This document shows positions 59,360-64,000 of a stretch of 64,000 nucleotides of DNA, piece by piece. A model generated the notes under the pieces. The model saw only the letters and a list, made by a program, of their open reading frames with translations. It was not told where the DNA came from and did not search any database. The stretch is from NCBI GenBank assembly GCA_964016885.1, contig OZ024745.1:3410001-3474000 (forward strand), given 5' to 3'. The stretch's first letter is position 1. The number at the start of each line of letters is the position of its first letter. This stretch comes from Eledone cirrhosa. Taxonomy: Eukaryota. A program made the position numbers and the translations under genes.

Positions 59360-60872
59360 GAAAAGTGTGTGGGAAGATAGTTCCAAGGGTGTGTAGGGGA
59401 GTGGTGGAGAGACATATAGAAAAAAGGGGGTGAGAGGAAACGGTACAAATGAAATTAAATATAAAAGCATAATAAAAATAAAAATAAACATGAAGTAAAA
59501 CAGGTGGTGGAAGGGTGTGGGGCGTGTAGGGGTGGTGGCGGGTGGAGTGGGGAGAGGGAGGCGGGGTGTCCGAGCGGGGAGGGCTGAATGTGGTGTGTGT
59601 GTGTAAGTGTACATGTGTGTGTGTATGTGAAAGTAAGAGTTGGGGGAAGAACGGGGTTGCATGTTCAGGAAAAGGTGTGTGTGGGGTGGGGTGTAGGTCG
59701 GTGTGTGTGTGCGTGTGTGGATGGGGAGGGGTCAGAGGGGTGGGGGAGAGGATTCCGGAGGCTGAGTGTGTAAATATGTGGTGGTACGCACGTGTGTGTG
59801 GTGTTTATACGTGTTGTGGATGTAGGTGGCGTGTGGGAAAAAAATTTCTTTGAGTGTATGTCAGTGGGTGAGTCCTTAAGTTAGTTCCGTAGAGGATGTG
59901 GTGGAATGCTGGGTAATATCCTTGGGATGTGGGGGATTCTAGGGATCGATGTTCAATATGTGTAATCCGTGGTGGGTTGGTCGGAAGAGGGGAGATTTGG
60001 GGTGCGCGCGCAACAGGAAGTGGTCAGAGGGTCAAGGCAGGAGGAGGGTTGTGTGTCTGAGTGTGCGGGGAGGTGGTCAGAGATAAGGGCATAGCAGCAG
60101 TCGGGGAGAATGGTAAGTGAAGAAAGTTGGTGTGTCAGTGTGTGCGAAGGTGCGGTGGACAGGGGAGAGGATGGGTAGGTGTGAAAGTTGGAGTGGGGAG
60201 GGGGTGTATTAGTAGAGGTGTTAGTGGGATGTGTGTGTTTGAGAAAGGGTGTGGGTGGGGAGGGGAGAGAGAAGGGTGTGGGGGCCGGTGGAGCGGGGAG
60301 AGAAAAGGGTGTGGGGGCCGGTGGAGGGAGTGTAGTGTACTGGTGCGTGTGTGCGTGTTTGGATGAGTGTGTGTGTGGTGAAGGTGGTGTTAGTATACTG
60401 GTGGTGGGGAAAGGGTTGAATGCGAGTGTGAGTGGGGGGTCAGTGGTGGTAAGGTGTGTAGAGTGGGTGGTGTAAGTGTCTGTGTGTGTTCGTGTGTGTA
60501 GGGTTGGGGGGTGTTAGTGATATTAGTTGCGTGTAGAGTCGGTGGTGTAAGTGGGTGTCTGTGTTCGTGTGCGTGTGGTCGGGGGGTGTTAGTGATGTTA
60601 GTTGCTGGGTGGTGGGGTGGATGTGTGGGGGTGAGGGTTAGTGGTGGTAGTAGGGTGTGCGTTTAGTGTGAGCGTGTGTATATATGTACCGGTGGGTGTG
60701 CGCGTGTGATAAAGGGAGGGGGGAGAAGAAAAGAGGGATGTTAGTATGTTAGTTGGGGAAGAATGGTCGGGTGTGAGGTGGAGGTGTTAGTATTGTTAGT
60801 TGTGGGGTGGGCTGTGAAAAGGAGGAGTGTGTTAGTGGGGGATATGTGTGGGGGGAGGGGGGAGGTCGAAGG

Positions 60873-61178
60873 CTAAAGGAATAAGGGTGGGGAGTTCAGG
60901 CCGGGGAGAGTGTGGGTCTGTAGGGTGAAGATGGTTCGTTGTTCGACCCTGAGTAGAGTGGCGGGTGTTCCGTGGCATTGGAGTGGGCCACAGACTGTGA
61001 GGTGGTGCGCGGAATGTCCGGGGGCACCAAAGTGGCGGGCGATGGGGGAACTACCGCCGAGACGAATATCTCGGAGGTGTTCGGTAAACCGGTCCGCCAG
61101 GCGACATCCAGTCTGTCTGACGTAGGTTGCGCTGCACTCCATGCAGCGAAGTCCATAGACTAGGTTGGAGGAGGTGCA
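60873..61178 (-). pseudogene. GIY-YIG endonuclease domain of a Penelope-like element, partial
   Basis: The frame extends upstream of the tracked ORF: CTSSNLVYGLRCMECSATYVRQTGCRLADRFTEHLRDI...PIARHF...GHS...EQRTIFTLQTH..PGLN. It has LVY and YVR (degenerate YIG), CxxC between them, R..EH, two His and a terminal GLN. Confidence 0.88.
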
Positions 61179-61315
61179 TATATATTATATATATATTATA
61201 TATATATTATATTATATATATATGATATATATATAAATATATATAATATATATATATATAAATATATATAATATATATATATATAAATATATATATATAT
61301 TATATATATATATAT
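61179..61315. repeat. Imperfect (TA)n tract between the Penelope-like element and the RTE tail
   Basis: Direct reading. Confidence 0.95.
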
Positions 61316-64000
61316 ATCATCATCATCATCATCAACGTTTAACGTCCGTGTTCCACGCTTGCATGGGTTTGGACGGGGGTAGTCCCACTTGAGGCAAGAG
61401 TGATTGTCTTGCTCGCATAGGACTGTCTGGCGGGTTTTCTACAGTTGGATCCCCTTCCTAACACCAACCACATTTACAGTGTGGGTCTGGGAGGTTTTTA
61501 CCGTGTTGCCTACACGGCCACATTACAGCGTGGACTGTGTGTTTTTTTGTCGTGACACCTACACGATCTCATTTGTTTCGGCCTGGATGGCGCGGCACCA
61601 ACATAACTTTACATAGAACAGGGTGGTGTGGATGGGGTGGGGGTGGTGGCGGGACGGTGTGTATTTTGTTAGAGATGCCTACTGGCAAGGCGGGTCTTCT
61701 CTGTTACTGAGTACCGCCAAAGGTCTCGGTCCAGTGACATTGTCTTGGAGAGGTGTAAGTGTGTGAGGTCGGAGTTTATCAGCTCATCCCAGGTTTTTCT
61801 AGGTCTGCCTATTCCGTGGCTACCGTCTATCTTTATTGCCCTGCACTTTGTTATACAGCTATCGACTTTCATGCGCATCACGTGTCCATACCAACGCAGC
61901 CTTCTCTCGAGTAAACAACATCTGATCCCTCTTATCTCTAATTTTTTCCTTAGTTCGTTTATGCTTTGCCGTTCACGTATATTACTGTTACACATCCAGC
62001 GGAGCATGCAAGCTTCGTTCCTCTCTAGTCTGCGTATATCCTCTGCACACAATGCCCAGGTCTCACTACCATGCAACATTGCTGTTCGTATGCAGGCATC
62101 GTACAACCTGCCTTTCATTTTTAGGGAGAACCCTTTAGCAGCTAATAGTGGTATAAGCTCTCTGAACATTTTCCAACCAGTTCTGACTCTAGCTACAGTA
62201 CTTTCAGAGCACCCTCCCCCACTGCTGATTTTATCGCCCAGGTAACGGAAGCTGTCCACTATTTCTATAGAACCCTCTGCGCAATTGAAAGAGCTAGTAT
62301 TTTGTGGGCACTTGCTGCTACTTATTGCACCAGAACACCGGCCACATGTAAAATCTATGTTCTTAGTTAGCTTACCTGTGATCCCACTACATCTTTTATG
62401 CACCCATACTTTGCATTTAGGACATAAAATGGAGTTTCTACCTACGCCTTTCCTACACACCGAGCACGACCATTTCCCAGAAGGGACCGCCGCCTTGTTT
62501 TCTTTCCTACAAACTAGAACTTTGGTCTTAGCCAGGTTAATTTTAAGTCCTTTTGACTCTAGGCCGTGCTTCCATGTTTGGAATTTCTTCTCTAGCTCGG
62601 CCATTGATTCCGCTATGAGTGTCAGGTCGTCTGCGTATAGGAGTTCCCATGGGCAGCCTGTCTTGAACTCCTCTGTTATAGCCTGAAGGGCAATAATAAA
62701 TAGTAGGGGGCTGAGAACAGAGCCCTGATGGACGCCAACTTTTACGCTAAACTCTTCACTATATTCGTTGTTAATTCTAACCTTGCTGACTGTTTCTTTA
62801 TACATGGCTTGTATAGCCCTCACAAGCCATTCGTCAACGCCTAGTTTTCTAAGAGCCCACCAGATAATGGAGCGGGGGACTCTGTCGAAGGCTTTCTCCA
62901 GGTCGACAAAAGCTAAGTAGAGGGGTTTACCTTTAGCTAGGTACTTCTCCTGTAGTTGTCGTACTATGAAAAGAGCGTCTGTGGTGCTTTTGCCTGACAC
63001 AAACCCGAACTGCATTTCATCTAGGTCAATTCTCTCTCTGATTAGTTGCGCTATTACTTTTTCCGTGACCTTCATGACCTGGTCGATTAATTTAATGCCT
63101 CTATAGTTACTCCTATCTAGGGCGTCTCCTTTACCCTTATAACAGTTAACGATGATGCTGCTATGCCAGTCCTTCGGAACAACCCCATTCTGTACGACTT
63201 GGTTAACTATGCGGGTGACCATGGTGTGTCCCACCGTGCCAGATGCCTTCAGCATCTCAGCAACTATTTCCGAAGGCCCAGCCGCCTTACCCGTCTTCAT
63301 ATCCTTGATTGCCTTACTTATTATACTCCCCTCGACTAACACTGCTGGTCCCTCTATTGGGTCGATATGGGGGAGACTGTCTTTCTCCCATTTATTCTCC
63401 TCATTTAGTAGCCTTTCATAGTGACACTTCCAAGCTACCTTCTTATCAGTGTCGGTGATGGCAAGTATGCCATCATCGTTAAGTACACACTTCTCCCCGA
63501 CAATATCACGGTTTTCCTTGACGCATTGCCTAGCAATCCTGAACACCTCACGTTTTTGGTCATCGCGTTGTAGAACATGCTTGAACTTTCTTTCCTCAGC
63601 TTCCCTTCTTGCTAAGTACACTTCTCTCCTAGCTTCCCTCCTGGCCACTTGATAGTCTACTCTACTTCCCCCATCCCGCCATACTTTCCAAGCCTGCTTT
63701 TTGGCCTGCTTTGACCCCTCCACCCTACTGTTCCACCACCATGTTACTCTCCTCCTGCCCACAGGCCTGCTCCAGCCACAGACTTCGTCTGTCGCCAACA
63801 GCAGGTTTGCTTTCAGAAATTCCCACTGTCCCTCTATATTGTCCGATTCTAGATGCTCTTCCTTACTGTCGAAAGCATCAAGTAATATGCTTTGAAATTT
63901 ATTTCTGGTTGTGGGGTCCTTTAGTTTCCATATTTTCCTCCTGAGGATAGTCCTCTTCTGCTGTCGAGTACGTCTCGTCCTGACTATGAGGTCGCTAATT
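61316..64000 (-). mobile_element. RTE-clade LINE, 3' part, continuing past the window edge
   Basis: RT-containing ORF followed by a ~350-nt 3' UTR ending GGACGTTAAACGTT(GAT)n. Short tandem-repeat tails are typical of RTE elements. Confidence 0.93.
61669..63999 (-). CDS. RTE LINE polyprotein, partial: linker, reverse transcriptase with PHD-type finger insertion, C-terminal domain
   Basis: The frame is open to the window edge: 67 more codons upstream of the tracked start (ISDLIV..RRKIWKLKD..QWEFLK). Motifs: WWWN, GKAAGP, NYRGIKL, QFGF, FVDLEKAFD, GVHQGSVLSP, YADD (62626-62637), GLKIN..KTK, FRYLG, HGSETW, RLRWYGHVMR, GRPRKTW. Confidence 0.93.
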   Translation of the reverse strand: MSDLIVRTRRTRQQKRTILRRKIWKLKDPTTRNKFQSILLDAFDSKEEHLESDNIEGQWEFLKANLLLATDEVCGWSRPVGRRRVTWWWNSRVEGSKQAKKQAWKVWRDGGSRVDYQVARREARREVYLARREAEERKFKHVLQRDDQKREVFRIARQCVKENRDIVGEKCVLNDDGILAITDTDKKVAWKCHYERLLNEENKWEKDSLPHIDPIEGPAVLVEGSIISKAIKDMKTGKAAGPSEIVAEMLKASGTVGHTMVTRIVNQVVQNGVVPKDWHSSIIVNCYKGKGDALDRSNYRGIKLIDQVMKVTEKVIAQLIRERIDLDEMQFGFVSGKSTTDALFIVRQLQEKYLAKGKPLYLAFVDLEKAFDRVPRSIIWWALRKLGVDEWLVRAIQAMYKETVSKVRINNEYSEEFSVKVGVHQGSVLSPLLFIIALQAITEEFKTGCPWELLYADDLTLIAESMAELEKKFQTWKHGLESKGLKINLAKTKVLVCRKENKAAVPSGKWSCSVCRKGVGRNSILCPKCKVWVHKRCSGITGKLTKNIDFTCGRCSGAISSSKCPQNTSSFNCAEGSIEIVDSFRYLGDKISSGGGCSESTVARVRTGWKMFRELIPLLAAKGFSLKMKGRLYDACIRTAMLHGSETWALCAEDIRRLERNEACMLRWMCNSNIRERQSINELRKKLEIRGIRCCLLERRLRWYGHVMRMKVDSCITKCRAIKIDGSHGIGRPRKTWDELINSDLTHLHLSKTMSLDRDLWRYSVTEKTRLASRHL

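Larger units (their letters stand above)
59232..61178 (-). mobile_element. 5'-truncated Penelope-like retroelement: GIY-YIG C-terminus, long C/A-rich 3' region, hammerhead motif, AATAAA
   Basis: GIY-YIG frame at 60873-61178, hammerhead core at 59330-59357 and AATAAA at 59286-59291 are all on the minus strand in the expected order, with (TA)n at both ends. That the low-complexity 59360-60870 spacer belongs to the element is inferred. Confidence 0.75.

Noticed and set aside
59354-60475. Gly/Val/Cys-rich and Pro/His/Thr-rich ORFs
   Set aside because: They are by-products of G/T-rich low-complexity sequence.
61745-63944. Plus-strand ORFs opposite the RTE ORF
   Set aside because: Antisense shadows of the LINE coding sequence with no independent motifs.

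Overview
Repeat-dominated eukaryotic DNA with no recognisable host protein-coding gene. The SINE and LINE tails resemble octopus (coleoid cephalopod) repeats as I recall them, so the species call is an inference. About 79% of the window (952-51274) is one ~50 kb strand-asymmetric minisatellite, unit ACACACCCAATATC(ACC)3-4A, mostly 24 or 27 bp, roughly 1,900-2,000 copies by length estimate. It carries nested kb-scale duplications and produces every long ORF in that interval as an artefact. Its left end runs directly into a decayed Tc1/mariner-type transposase, which probably seeded it. Just right of it are a 20-bp tandem repeat (16 copies, each with a GTGAGT splice-donor-like motif) and a 45-bp tandem repeat (12 copies) made from the A-box head of a tRNA-derived SINE. 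The last ~8 kb is a cluster of retroelements separated by (TA)n: CR1-like fragments, a Penelope-like element (GIY-YIG endonuclease plus a minimal hammerhead ribozyme motif), and an RTE-clade LINE with an uninterrupted ORF containing a PHD-type finger inside the RT region. I see no convincing new multi-gene system. The best leads are the TE-seeded tandem arrays, the hammerhead and the PHD-bearing intact RTE.
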